From NCBI GenBank assembly GCA_951406725.2, contig OX597814.1:171430001-171494000 (forward strand): a stretch of 64,000 nt of DNA, given 5' to 3'. Positions 42,159-55,688 of this stretch are shown piece after piece. Under the pieces are notes generated by a model. The model worked only from the letters and a program-made list of their open reading frames with translations. It was not told where the DNA came from and ran no database searches. Origin of the DNA: Octopus vulgaris (Eukaryota). A program made the position numbers and the translations under genes. The number at the start of each line of letters is the position of its first letter. Position 1 is the stretch's first letter.

Positions 42159-42380
42159 TAAAAAAATATTCAGACAAATACATAACAAAAACACCAGGAC
42201 TTACAAACACATATAACATACAGAAAATTGCACTACTAGGCACTGCACACATCCTACGCAGAACACTTTCCATACAATAACCATCAGAGCATCACAACAA
42301 ATCACAGCACATACCCAAGGCACACAGAGCTGCGCTCGGTAGTGAAGTGAAAGCACGCTATAAAAATAAAACTACTGAAT
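42155..42380 (+). mobile_element. Short 5'-truncated R4/Dong copy in (TAA)n
   Basis: Nearly identical (one difference seen) to 44096-44320. Encodes MIKKYSDKYITKTPGLTNTYNIQKIALLGTAHILRRTLSIQ*. Confidence 0.95.
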
Positions 42381-42381
42381 A

Positions 42382-42412
<31 letters not shown>

Positions 42413-42423
42413 TGATGATGATG

Positions 42424-42496
<73 letters not shown>

Positions 42497-42498
<2 letters not shown>

Positions 42499-42828
42499 GT
42501 GGCATCTCAAGGCCACTACAGTACCAGCGATTGTGGGATCTCTAGGAATGATAAAAAAAGGTACTTAAACCTATTTGCAAATGATACCAGGCTTACCATT
42601 CCTATAGGAAGTGCAAAAAATCGTGTTGACTGGAACGGCTCAAGTACTGAGAGGTGCATTATCGCTGTGAAAAAACATCCATTTATGAATTTATTCATTA
42701 ATTTTTAAAAATGCATATTTTACCTGTGAATTTGCGTGTGTAATCTGGGAATGCATACAATGTGCTTCTCTGCCCTAGGTGTACGGAAAACACTCTGCGA
42801 GAAACGGAAGAGAATTTGACGAAAGAAG

Positions 42829-42830
<2 letters not shown>
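42497..42830 (+). mobile_element. R4/Dong-like 3' end, second subfamily
   Basis: MWHLKATTVPAIVGSLGMIKKG*..IPGLP..EVQKIVLTGTAQVLRGALSL*, followed by a UTR and (TAA)n. Confidence 0.85.
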
Positions 42831-42909
<79 letters not shown>

Positions 42910-42947
42910 TGATGATGATGATGATGATGATGTTGCTAATAATAAAG

Positions 42948-43036
<89 letters not shown>

Positions 43037-43043
43037 AATAATG

Positions 43044-43100
<57 letters not shown>

Positions 43101-43105
<5 letters not shown>

Positions 43106-44320
43106 GACAGGATCTAGGATGCATCACCCAAAATCTGACATAGAAAGACTATATATACAACGTATAGAAGGTGGTAGAGGCCTTATACAGCTGGAAAACT
43201 ACTATAAAATAACCACCATAGGACTGCAAAAATACCTACTTCAGAAGGAAGGAAAACTGATCCAGATAGCAGCAAAACACGAGCAAAACAAAAAACTGTT
43301 CTCAGTATTTAAGGAAGCTGACAAATACAAACAAGAAATCATACCACCTAATAAACACAAAGAAGAAGAAGAAGATGATGAAGAAACAACAAAAGCTATA
43401 AAACAAATGAAATCCAAACTAAAAATAGAACAGCAACGAGCCATGATAAAACGATGGCAAGAAAAGCCCCTTCATGGTAAATACTGCACTAAACTAAACG
43501 CAAAAGAAATAGACAAAGAAAAATCCCAGCAATGGTTGAGAAGCTCAGGACTCAAAGCAGAAACAGAGGGATGATTAATTGCAGCACAAGACCAAAGCCT
43601 CCCCACCAGAAATTACCAAAAACATGTAATGAAAAGAAATATTACAAGTAACTGCAGAATATGTGGAGATGGACAAGAAACAATAAATCATATTATCTCT
43701 AGCTGCCCAGTCCTGGCTAAGAAGGAATATATTCACAGACATGACAGAGTTGGAACCTACATACATTGGAAGCTATGCCAACATTATGGAATAACAACAG
43801 AAAAAAGATGGTATAGGCACACACCAGAAAAGGTCACAGAAAACGAGAAAGCAACCATACTCTGGGATATGCCGATACACACAGATAGAGAAATTAAGGC
43901 CAACAGACCAGATATAGTTGTCAGAGATCATGAAGAAAAAAATGCTTTCTAATTGATGTATCAATACCGGCAGATGACAACGTGTCTCTAAAAGAAATGG
44001 AGAAACTCTCAAAATACAAAGACCTGGAAATAGAGGTAACTAGAATGTGGAACCTGAAAACAGAAACAATTCCTATCATAGTAGGTGCATTAGGCATGAT
44101 AAAAAAATATTCAGACAAATACATAACAAAAACACCAGGACTTACAAACACATATAACATACAGAAAATTGCACTACTAGGCACTGCACACATCCTACGC
44201 AGAACACTTTCCATACAATAACCATCAGAGCATCACAACAAATCACAGCACATACCCAAGGCACACAGAGCTGTGCTCGGTAGTGAAGTGAAAGCACGCT
44301 ATAAAAATAAAACTACTGAA
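43101..44320 (+). mobile_element. 5'-truncated R4/Dong-clade non-LTR retrotransposon (thumb, CCHC knuckle, RLE endonuclease, 3'UTR)
   Basis: HHPKSDIERLYIQRIEGGRGL, KPLHGKY, LKAETEG*LIAAQDQ, CRICGDGQETINHIISSC, RHDRVG, RPDIVV and EKLSKYKDL. One in-frame stop (43572) and one frameshift (about 43940); flanked by (TAA)n. Confidence 0.95.
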
Positions 44321-44340
44321 TAATAATAATAATAATAACA

Positions 44341-44716
44341 AATGCTCCGATGCAGTACCAGACAATGGATCCCATGGTTTCTGATCTGCACTAACTGGAA
44401 GCGGTATCGTGTACATTGTTTTGTCTTGGTATAAAAGATGGGCTACAGCAAATATTCTGCTCAATATCACAGATTTGCTTGTCAGTTGTTCGACCATAAC
44501 TAGTTGAGATGTCCCTTGGTGGCTGACAATATGTGCATCTGTGATCACTAGCAGAAGTAGTGGGGGAGCATCATAACAATGTGATGAGAGAAATTCTTTG
44601 TGGTTTGAATAATTCTGGAAACACGGGTGCTTCGTTCAGCATCCTTAAACAACCCTTATCAGAGACCTTTTGAGCGGGATGGGCTACTCAGTGTGCAGAA
44701 AAATCTAACTGGGCCC
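44341..44716 (-). mobile_element. Unclassified non-coding retroposon with (TTA)n tail; second copy at 60845
   Basis: Reverse complement of about 61010-61395 with high identity. Confidence 0.8.
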
Positions 44717-45400
44717 TACATAAAATACAGAATAAACAACACAGCAGAAAGTGATAAGTGCAGAATCTGTGGACAAAACGGTGAAACCGTATGGCATATT
44801 ACCAGCCAATATACACAACTAGCCCAGAAGGAATATAACAGGCAATATAGCCAGGCTTGTCCATTGGACACTCTGCAACATGTATGGACTTGACAGAACA
44901 AAAAAGTCGTACGACCACAAATCTGAAGGCATCGTCGAAAATAGAAATGCAAAATTCTTATGGGATTTTATGATTCAGTGCGACCATGAGATAGAGAATA
45001 GGAAGCCGGACATAGTCTTAATTGAGAAAGAAAACAAACTATGCTGGATCATAGATATAGGATGCCCAGCTGACAACAAGATATGCGATATGGAAGAAAG
45101 AAAAGTCGATAGATATAACAGGTTAGCTTACGGAGTTAAGCAGTTGTGGTCGATGAAAAAGGTAGCAGTAGTACCAATAATTGTCGGAGCTCTGGCAACA
45201 GTGAGCAAAAGTTTTGAGAAGTACGTGAAACAAATAGGGGCTGCAATAAAAGTGGAGCACTTGCAGAAAACAGCGCTGCTTGGAACCGCTCGAATACTCA
45301 GGATGATGTTCGAAAAATAAAGGGTGTTACCTTAGTACACTGGTAGTGAACAGCTGACACCGTAGTACATCTCAAGCGTTAGAAGCTGTGCAAAGGCAGC
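44717..45400 (+). mobile_element. R4/Dong-like LINE 3' fragment, third subfamily
   Basis: DKCRICGQNGETVWHI, FLWDFMIQCDHEIENRKPDIVLIEK, ERKVDRY and LQKTALLGTARILR; ends at (TAA)n. Confidence 0.92.
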
Positions 45401-45467
<67 letters not shown>

Positions 45468-45484
45468 AAATAATAATGATAACG

Positions 45485-45550
<66 letters not shown>

Positions 45551-45571
45551 TTGATGATGATGATGATGATG

Positions 45572-45632
<61 letters not shown>

Positions 45633-45640
45633 TGATGATG

Positions 45641-45708
<68 letters not shown>

Positions 45709-45716
45709 CCTTTCAT

Positions 45717-47175
45717 CTATAGGCACAAGGCCTGAAATATTGGGGAAGGGGACCAGTCGATTACATTGACCCCAATGCTCAACTGGTACTTATTTGATCA
45801 ACCTCGAAAGGATGAAAGGCAAAGTCAATCCCGACGGAATTTGAACTCAGAACATAAAAAAGGACAAAATACCGCTTAGCATTTTGCCCCGGTATGCTAA
45901 CGATTCTGCCAGCTAGCCGTCTAATATTCCTATCTGCTATAGGCTGCAATGCCTGAAGTTTTGTGGAAGAGGACTAGTCGATTACATCACCCTCTAGTGC
46001 TCAACTGGTATATATTACATCCTTTCGAATGGATGGATAGCAAAATTCGATCTCCATGGAATTTGAATCCAAAATATAAAGACGGAAAAAATTCCGTTAA
46101 GCATTTGTCCGGCATGTTAACGATTCTACCAATCATCGCCATTTTTCTATTATAGGCATTAGGAAGCAGTTCAATTACATCGACCCCGGTGCTTGAACGG
46201 GACATATTTTATCGATAAATCAAATACCAGTGAAGAACTGAAGTACAATCTTCTTTCTTCTTTTCACCTCCTTCTCCTCCTCTCTTTCTCCCTCTCTCTG
46301 TTTTTCTCTCACTGTCTTGGAATTGATCAAAGGAAGAAAACAGGAAACCACATTAATATTCTCGAAATTATTCCGCTAAATATATAATCCTTGTTGCTAA
46401 ACTCATCAGAACGTCATTCGTTGACTTAAAAGTACATTTTCCTTTTCAAGAACTTCAATGTTGCAATTAGATTTGTAGTGACAGAATTGCTTCAATTCGT
46501 GTTAACTTGATATTTGAAACTTCTGGGGGAAACATGGTCACGGAGAGGGGGTAATCGATCAAATTCGACCAGGTACTTGATAGATACTTGTTTTATCGAA
46601 AGCAAAAGCATAAAAGACGTTACTGACATCAGCATGATTTGAACTTATAACGTAAAAACCTGTAATTAAACAGTGTGAGGTATTTTGTTTGTTGCTTTAA
46701 AAATTCTAAGAAACAACCGTCCTACCTTGTGCCAATATGAAAGTTCCTTAAGGTGGGGAACTGGCTGAATCGTTAGTACGCTGGGCAAAATGCTTAGCAG
46801 CATACCGGCAATCTTTACGTTCCGAGGTCGATTTTGCCTTTTATCCCCTTCGGAGTCGATAAAAAGTAAGTTGGGCACTGGAGTCGATGTAGTCGACTTA
46901 ACACGTTCCCCCAGAATTGCTGGCCTTGTACCAAAATTTGAAACCAATATTAGAATTAAGGCGGCGAGCTGGCAGAATCGTTTGCACGCCGGGCAAAATG
47001 CTTAGCGGCATTTCGTCTCTCTTTAAGGTTTGAGTTCAAATTCCGCCGAGATTGACGTTGCCTTTCATTCTTCCGGAATTGATAGTATAAGTACCAGTTG
47101 AGCGCTGGGATCAATGTAATCGACTACCTCGCTTCCTCTGAGGTTGCTGGCTTTTTGCCAATATGTGAAACCAAT
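45717..47175. mobile_element. Cluster of SINE family D copies (45717-45922 -, 45935-46140 -, 46750-46945 +, 46957-47175 +)
   Basis: Recurrent 'aaggcggcgagctggcagaatcgtt..gttcaaattccgccgag..ttgcctttcatcc..aagtaccagttg'. Confidence 0.85.
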
Positions 47176-47539
47176 ATTCATCATCGTCATCCGGTCGTAC
47201 TTGTTGCCCGGATTGCTCTGACTTGTTCTCTGCAGTCTGTTCGGTCCAAAATTGCACGTGGTAGGTCTTCTTTGGTAGAAAACGAATATTGGAATTCTTA
47301 TTCGCAATGCGATAGATGTTTTATATATTTACGATTCAGTTTCAATCTTCGCTAATGTGTCTAGGATAGGCACAAATGTCACAAATGTAATAACTCATAG
47401 ACGCGAATGTCACAAATGTAATAACTCTCCACTCGCATTAATCAACAAAGCTGAGGACATGTTGATGTGAACAACCGATTACGGATGTTTAAAGAAGTAA
47501 CCCATGTTATCGCTCTTGCTCATAGAATAACCAGTTACA

Positions 47540-47880
47540 TGATCTTCAGTGGTTAGAACGTCAGGCAAACAATTATGAGGTAGTAAGTTGGATTCCTGAA
47601 CTGGGCTGTGTGTTGTGTTCTTGAGTAAGACACTTTTATTTCACGTTGCTCCAGTTCACTCAGCTGTAGAAATGAGTTCTGACGTCACTGGTGCCAAGCT
47701 CTATTGGCCTTTGCTTTTCTCTTGGATAACATCAGTAGCTTGGAGAGGAAGGCTGGTATGCATGGGCGACTCCTGGTTTTCCATAAACAACCTTGCCCGG
47801 ACTTGTGCCTTGGATAGGAACTTTCTGGGTGCAATCCCATGGGCATTCATGACCGAAGGGGGTCTTTACCCCCCTTTACC
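47540..47880 (+). mobile_element. SINE family A
   Basis: Reverse-complement homologue of 16127-16465. Confidence 0.85.
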
Positions 47881-48183
47881 TTTTTTTTATCTATCTTGTA
47901 TGGATGCATTTTTTTTACTCCTAAGTTAAGAAAATCTTATGTAGAATCCCTAACTATAAACCTTTAAAACCTCAAAAACTTTATAACTTTAAAACTTCAT
48001 AACTCTGAAACATTTGAATTTTGGATATTCTTTGAGAATTTCTGAGATTTTGAATTGTTCTAGAAACATTTTCTTCGAGGATTTTAGACTTTAAAAAAGT
48101 TTCCTTCTTTTTTCTTTAAGCGACTTTTGAGATTTCTTAAAAAGGAAAACAATTCTCTTAGTACCTTTTCATCTTTTCTTGTC

Positions 48184-48477
48184 TTGTTACCTCTGCCTTT
48201 CAGGGATGAAACTTTCAGGGATGTTTGGCCTAGTGACTAGCACGAACTGATGAAATTTTAGGATCGATCCGGTAGCGGACAAGGATTCTGGATTATTTTT
48301 CCGTTTTTTTTTAACTTAATTTTTGAGAGTGGTCGGGTTCATTTATAGTATTCTCGTTTGTGAGAGCAGTCGAGTTTATTTCAGATATTCTCATTTTAAA
48401 AATCTTCTCCAGCTAATCGGTGAGAGGACGTTGATGTTGCCTTGGCGGTGGTTTGCGCATTCCGAGTGATCTTGTTC
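48184..48477 (+). mobile_element. Helentron/DINE-1-like non-autonomous element
   Basis: 5' 'ttgttacctctgcc' and 3' 'ccttggcggtggt' subterminal inverted repeats, then a short stem-loop and 'cttgtt'. Internal 'atgaaactttcaggg..aaattttaggatcgatccgg'. Confidence 0.6.
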
Positions 48478-49043
48478 TTAATTGCTTTCAACTTCCTTTA
48501 ACTTTTCTTAATTTCAGCTTAATTTATTCAGTGACAGTATTTCATCCTCCTCCTTTACTTTCCTAACCTCCCCTACTAACGGCGTTACCCAGTTGTCTTA
48601 CTATATTTACAATGTAGTTTCGATTTTTATATGAGTTTCATCAGTTTAACTCATTTATCGTTCATCTTCCTCTTTATGTGAGACGATTATAGCTTCTTTC
48701 ACACGATTTCTTGTAATTCAAAGGTCCATCCTTATTACATATTGTCACACGATGATTCGATCTGAGAGTTACGTTACAGAATGTACCTGGAATATTCAGC
48801 CACTTGCAAATTAATTTAATAGTGTAAGAGAAAAAGGGAGAGAATTGGAGAGAGTGAGAGAAGAGGAAAGAGCCAAAGAGAGGATAAAAATAACTTGAAA
48901 GGAGCAATTGAAAGAGTTGTAAAGAGAACAAGGGAGAGAAGAAGCAGGCGTGGAAGAAATTAAAAGGAAAGAATAAATAAATAGAGATGTGATAGAAAGA
49001 GTTAGTCAGAATGAAAGAAAGAATGAAAAAGAAAGAAAGAAAG

Positions 49044-49080
<37 letters not shown>

Positions 49081-49462
49081 CATATGGAAAAATAGATTGG
49101 GGAGTGGGTGAAGAAACGGAGAAATAATTCCAGAGAAGCGGAAGGAAAACTAAAAGACAAAAGCTAGAACGCCCTGGAATAAAATAAAATAAAGAAGACG
49201 CCGAGGGATGAAGATGAGGAACAGAAGTGGACGAATGGGAGAAGGAATATGGGGTAGGTGGGAGAGGAGAGATGGTAAATGACGACTTCTTCCACCGTTT
49301 GCTTCTATTCTGGATAGTTCTGTGTGACAAGAGCCTTAGACATGTGTCTCTGGAGACGAACGACATTGCAATAAATTACTTCAATCAACCAACGTTTGAT
49401 GTCGTTTTGGCTTGGTGGCGTTTCACTTGACAAACATGGCTGTCTTGTTCAACAACGACTGC

Positions 49463-49506
<44 letters not shown>

Positions 49507-49547
49507 CTACTACTACTACTACTACTACTACTAAAACCACCACCACC

Positions 49548-49591
<44 letters not shown>

Positions 49592-49689
49592 CAACACCAC
49601 CACCACCACCACCACCACAGTAACAGAAGTAACAACAGAGCATAAGCATAAGCAACAACAATAACAAATACGATAACAACAGCAACAGT

Positions 49690-49880
49690 GGAGGCGCAAT
49701 GGCCCAGTGGTTAGGGCAGCGGACTCGCGGTCGTAAAAACGCGGTTTCGATTCTCAGACCGGGCATTGTGAGTGTTTATTGAGCAAAAACACCTAAGCTC
49801 TACGATGCTTCGGCGGGGGTGGGTAGTGAACCCCGCTGTACTCTTTCATCACAACTTCCTCTCACTCTTTCTTCCTACTT
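49690..49880 (+). mobile_element. tRNA-derived SINE 5' part
   Basis: ggaggcgcaaTGGCCCAGTGGttag...GGTTTCGATTCtc A/B boxes, then a CORE-like segment. Confidence 0.75.
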
Positions 49881-50329
49881 CTGCCACAAAGCAGAGGAAC
49901 CATGGTGTAACCCACTATGGTGTAGTAAACTTTCAGACCCTAGTCTAGATTGCGAATCCTCTGTACTCCAGGATGGTTCAGCTCTCCACCCGTTAAAAAA
50001 CCACCGTTTACGGAATGAGGATAACAACGTAGCTTTCGCGCCCGTGCAACCGCCAGTCTATCGCTTGTGTTGGATGGATCTTCAAGTTACCACACGCATT
50101 CTTAGTAGCTTAGAGTAGGCTCGAATTAGAGATTATTCTTTGTGGCTAATGGAAGAAGGAGGAGAAGAAGAAGAAGATGAAGAAGCAACAGTAACAACGA
50201 TAACAACAACTGCAAAATCAAAACAAAATCAACAACAGCTGCAACAACAGTTAGAACAACATCAGCAACTGTAACAAATACGATAACAACAACAGTAACA
50301 GCAGTAACTAGTATAGTAATAACTACTCA

Positions 50330-50650
50330 GACGCATGGCTCAGTGGTTAGAGCATCAAGCTTACGATCGTGTGGCTGTGAGTTCGATTCTGGGACCGGGC
50401 TGCGTGTTGTTTTCAAGAACAAGACACTTTATTTCACATTGCTCTAGTTCACTCAGCTACAGAAATGAGTTGCGACATCATTGGTGGCGTGGAGAGGGGA
50501 GGCTGGTATCCATTGGTTACTGCTGGTCTTCTATATAAGTATCCCTATGTTGTGCGTTCGCCGGTGAAGCGACTTTTCACCCAGACTTGTACCCCGGAGG
50601 AGAACCTCTTAGGTGCGCCCATGGTCATTCGTGACCGACGGAATCGAGTT
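50330..50650 (+). mobile_element. SINE family A
   Basis: gacgcaTGGCTCAGTGGttag...GAGTTCGATTC; body homologous to 16127 and 47540. Confidence 0.85.
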
Positions 50651-50739
50651 TACTCAGGCACAATAACAACTACAATAGAAAATAATAACTTTAATAAGGA
50701 GAGTAACAGAGTTGGAGGGGGGGCAGCATAACAGGGTTG

Positions 50740-51143
50740 CAAACACTGAGTTGAAACGTACTGATAAATATATGGAAGATGTGAAAACTCTCCCTGAAAG
50801 GGACACGAAGGAGTCTCTTTCGAGAGACCAGTGTGGCCGTGTTTGTTTCTCAAAGGCAGGCCTATTCAGCCAGAAGCTTGGTCATGGAGGCATCCTCGAC
50901 AACACCACTTTGATATTCAGCATGATCTCTGGTGTAGCATAGTGCGTGGATCAGCCTGTGAACTCACTCGGCGTCGTAGGACCCAGCATCTAGATGGTCA
51001 GTATGCGATGACTGTAGGTCTCTTGCACGCCTTTGGAGCCATATGAGACGTCATCAGCGATGGGTACGTCAAACGGAGATGTTTCTAAGAGTGAAACGGA
51101 TTTAAGAATCGGTATTACACAAAGTCACGTGTCAACTCCCACC
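50740..51143 (+). mobile_element. RTE-like LINE 3' end with several degenerate C2H2-like fingers
   Basis: DQCGRVCFSKAGLFSQKLGH, CSIVRGSACELTRRRRTQH, VCDDCRSLARLWSHMRRH and GDVSKSETDLRIGITQSH across frames. Confidence 0.55.
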
Positions 51144-51162
51144 ATGTCTGTCTGTCTGTCTA

Positions 51163-51207
<45 letters not shown>

Positions 51208-51955
51208 ATGTTTGTACGTGAGTGTATATATGTGTAAGTTTGTGTTAGCTTCCCTGGCGACATAATGCAAATGTTGCACAAAACCTTGCAACAGACTTTT
51301 TAGAACTGCATAAATGTAAAAAGTTATTCCATTGACGTATAAATAATGTTGTTTTCCTGCTGCTTTTTTTTCATGCAATTTGATGTGTTGGTATATTATA
51401 GCCTATATTGCAACTGATCCAAACTATGCGTATAAATATTTACTATAATTCTATACATGCAGATTCGGAGCGTAATATGATGTACTGAGTTACAGTGTTC
51501 ATTTGCTGTGCATATGGGTGTACATTATAGTATTGTGAGTGTCTTCGTTCGCGTATGTGTCCGTGTGCATGCGTGTGCTTTTATGTAAATTTATATATAT
51601 AAAAAAGTTGAACATTAAACTGAAGCATATCTCAATACATTTTTCGTACATTAACATATTTATTAGTTTTTACAAGGAAACGATTTACAGTGATATCAAA
51701 TATACTATATGTCACATACACACACACATATGTACATACATAAACACACTCGTGAATAGGTATATGTATGTATTAAAGCGTGTATGTGTGTGTATAAGTT
51801 TGCAGTTTTGTATCTATATACACAGATTACATGTATGTATTTATAGCCGTCACTCGCAAGCGGCTATAAAACAGCAGGTTGCACCAGGCTCTCGTTGATT
51901 TTTTTAGGTGCTTATATGGTTGAGAGCAGACATAGATATCCACTTGGATGTTACT

Positions 51956-52029
<74 letters not shown>

Positions 52030-52131
52030 AAGAGAGAGCGCTGCTACAGCACTCAGCTGTTACCTATTTTCAGCTGAGTAGGTAGGAGCAATATCAAATT
52101 ATGTGTATTGCTGAAAAGCACAATGTATTAG

Positions 52132-52253
52132 TAGCGCTCAGAAATAGAAAAAAGTCTTTTACGTTTCGAGCCTACGCTCTTCTACAGAATGATACACAGA
52201 AAAAAACAAGGAGAGAAAAAATTGTGTGTAGTAGCTAACGATCTATCATGGCG
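52132..52253 (-). mobile_element. Family F HHR module (partial)
   Basis: catt-CTGTAGA-a-gagc-gtag-gctc-GAAA-cgta-aaag. Confidence 0.8.
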
Positions 52254-52267
52254 TCTTAATTATTTCT

Positions 52268-52303
<36 letters not shown>

Positions 52304-52400
52304 AGAAATAATTAAGATTCATTTGAATTACGTACTTAAGTTGAAGCACCAAGTCAGTCCGGTATTATCCACACAGCTCGAAGCAAGGTGAATAAAATCA

Positions 52401-52607
52401 AAATAAATAACAGGATATCAAGTAGTAATGCAGCACGACCGTTTCAAACGACTCCATTTAATTGAACTATGCAATTATTACATCAATTTAAATGCAGGGC
52501 TGTCTTCAGCTGCGCAAAATATATTGATGTAATAATTGCATAGTTCAATTAAATGGAGTCGCTTGAAACGGCCGTGCAGCATCTAATTGATATCCTGTTA
52601 TTTATTT
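52401..52607. repeat. About 86-bp inverted repeat containing an HHR-like motif
   Basis: Arms 52401-52487 and 52523-52607. Minus strand: gcgcag-CTGAAGA-...-GAAA-cg-GTC-gtgc. Confidence 0.88.
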
Positions 52608-52771
52608 AGATATGTATAGAGATTAATCAGCCTAAATTGCTAAGATGATGCGGTTCCCGACTGAAGATTAGAGGCTTCGAGTGACCCGTCTGTTTTTTTG
52701 TGTCGTCTCTTTGTGTGTTTTTGCGTTCTTGTCCCACTTTGTAATTTATAATTTCTATTTAATTTCTATAC

Positions 52772-52805
<34 letters not shown>

Positions 52806-53015
52806 CGAAATAGGAACTAGTAAAATAGTCGAGAACTGAAGAGGTGTTATTCTTCCTTTGGTATTTTGTCCTGTACTTATCAATGTGTGTTTACGTATTT
52901 TTCACTCATTGGTGATGTCCTGTATTTTGTGCATTTTTTATGTATTTTTTATTTATTGATAATCGAACGCCGTGCGGCCTTGTCCACAATAATTTCTTAC
53001 ATTTATATATATATG

Positions 53016-53088
<73 letters not shown>

Positions 53089-53277
53089 TATATGTGTGTG
53101 TGTGTGTGTGTATTATGTAATGTATGTGTGTGTGTGTATGCATTGACATAGATGCTTAATATGAACACATGCATTTAGCATCTGTACATACGGCCAAACA
53201 CAAATACACACATATGCATATTTACACGAATGTATTTACATCTAAGATACATAAACAAGCATGTATATATCCATATA

Positions 53278-53339
<62 letters not shown>

Positions 53340-55296
53340 TAGATAGATATACATGTAATTATGTGTGCTTGCGTGTGTCTGTGTGTGCGTTTGTAACTGT
53401 AAATATATACATTTTCAGCTCAAATGTAAAATTATATCGAAACCTAGTTGTTGGTAGAAGTATTGTGCCTCGACAAACATAAATATACACCAAACATCAT
53501 ATCATTACCTTGATTTATATAATTTCGGGTGTACACTTCCTTCCCAACCACGTACCTATTTACAAAGTGAACTTAATTGCGTCTGACGTGTATCACTACC
53601 ATGTGTAACACAAACACACACACACATAAATATTTATATACATGTACAGATACACATAGGTACATGCACGCTCACACACACACACACACAGAGAGAAATA
53701 TATTGGGTGTATTTGTATGTGCCTCTGTGTGTGTGTGTGTGACTGTGCATATATGTGTGTATGTGTGTGTCTGTGTGTGTGTATGTGTATGTTTGTGAAT
53801 AAGTACTTGGGGGTTTGACAGCGATATACTCGAAATTAGAAACCCCTAAATAACTTCAGGGATGTTTTCGTCTTAAAGATACATACACGGACACACACAT
53901 GCGCGCTCACACAGTGTGTATGAATGTATGTATGCATGTATGTATGTATGTATGTAAGTATGTATGTATGTATGTATGTATGTATGTATGTATGTATGTA
54001 TGTATGTATGTATGTATGTATGTATGTGTGTGTGTATGTATGTATGTATGTATGAATGAATGAATGTATGTATGTATGTATGTATGTATGTATGTATGTA
54101 TGTATGTATGTATGTATGTATGTATGTAGGTCTATTTCTCTATCTGTGCCTCTATATATATTGTCGAGAGAAAGACGCGCAGATGTTTATTATAAATGTA
54201 TATATCTATACAAACATATACGTTGTCGTGTGTGCCCGAATATATATATATAGAGAGATAGAGAGATAAAGACAGATATAGATATATGCATATATGTGTG
54301 TGTGTATATTATGTGTGTATGTATATATACATGAACATATATATATATGTGTGTATGTGTGTATATTGTGTGTGTATGTACATGTATGTTTATATATATA
54401 TTTTATATATACATATATGTGTGTGTGTGTGTGAATGTGTGTGTATCTGTGTGTGTGTATGATGAGCATATGTGTGTGTCTGTGTATGTTATGTATATTA
54501 TATATGTAATTTATGTATGCATATAAACTGTGTATGTCTGCGTGTGTTTGTTTATTTACCCAGAAAGTATGCTATATCAATGTACAGAATTCAAGAATAT
54601 GTCTTGTGAAAGCCGGTTGGAACATAATACGCAACTGTATTAAATGAGCATGTGTACATTTGCACGTATCCTTGCATACGCATATCTGCACGCACATACA
54701 CACGGGAGCGTACACAGATACACATTTAAGCACATTGTACACAGTTGAAACAGCATCAAATTAAAATAGCCATCCATGTATCTTATTTGACGTATATACA
54801 TCGTTGAGAGGCATGATACGCAGCATTTTCGTCTGAGAGAAACTCTCTTCATTGACATGCTCTGTTAAAAACACAACATATAGACACACACAAACATACC
54901 ATTGATCACAAATATCATCCAGACAGCGAGGTACTACTAACATCTTGTCCAATGAAACCCAGATTGGGTCTAAATTTGGATGTATTTTGAAGTTGCTGGT
55001 ATTTCAATAATATTTTTAACAACAGCATGTAACCTGTGTTGACTTAATAGCAGACCAATTTCCCGTGGTCATCTTGGATTTTGTATTTTTCCGTATTCGG
55101 TCGTCTGTGCCTGAGGAGTTAGGTTCACTGCCGATCCCACGAAACTTCAAATTTGCATGGGATGAAATCAAATTGTTTTTCTTTTTCAGACATAAGGATG
55201 ATGATGATGACGATGATGATGATAATTATGATGTTGACGATGATGATGTTGATGATGGTAATGATAACAATAATGATTATATATATAATATACATA

Positions 55297-55688
55297 GGCG
55301 CAGGCGTGGCTCTGTGGTAAGAAGTTTCCTTCAGTTCTACTGCGTGGCACCTTGGGCAATGACTTCTATTATAGCCTCGGGCAATGACTTCTATTATAGC
55401 CTCGGGCCGACGAAAGCTTTGTGAGTGGAATTGATAGACGGAAACTGAAAGAAGCCCGTCGTATATATGGTTGTGTGTCTGTATTTGTTTCTCCACCGTC
55501 GTTTGACAACCGATGTTGGTATATTTACGTTCCCGTAACTTAGCGGTAGCGGTTCGGCAACAGCGATCGATAGGATAAGTACTAAGTTTACAAAGAATAA
55601 GTCTTAGAGTCGATTTGTTCGACTAAAAGCCCTTAAGGTGGTGCTCCAGCATGGTTGCAGACAAATGAATGAAACAAGTAAAAAGAAT
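55297..55688 (+). mobile_element. SINE family B with internal 25-bp tandem duplication
   Basis: Homologous to 25691; 'gggcaatgacttctattatagcctc' occurs twice. Confidence 0.88.

Noticed and set aside
42762-43574. 270-aa ORF as a host gene with a poly-Ile/Met N-terminus
   Set aside because: It is a chance in-frame fusion of (TAA/TGA)n with a truncated R4/Dong ORF.
47225-47265. Possible micro-exon (ctctgcag|...|gtagg)
   Set aside because: Splice-like dinucleotides alone are not evidence without transcripts or homology.
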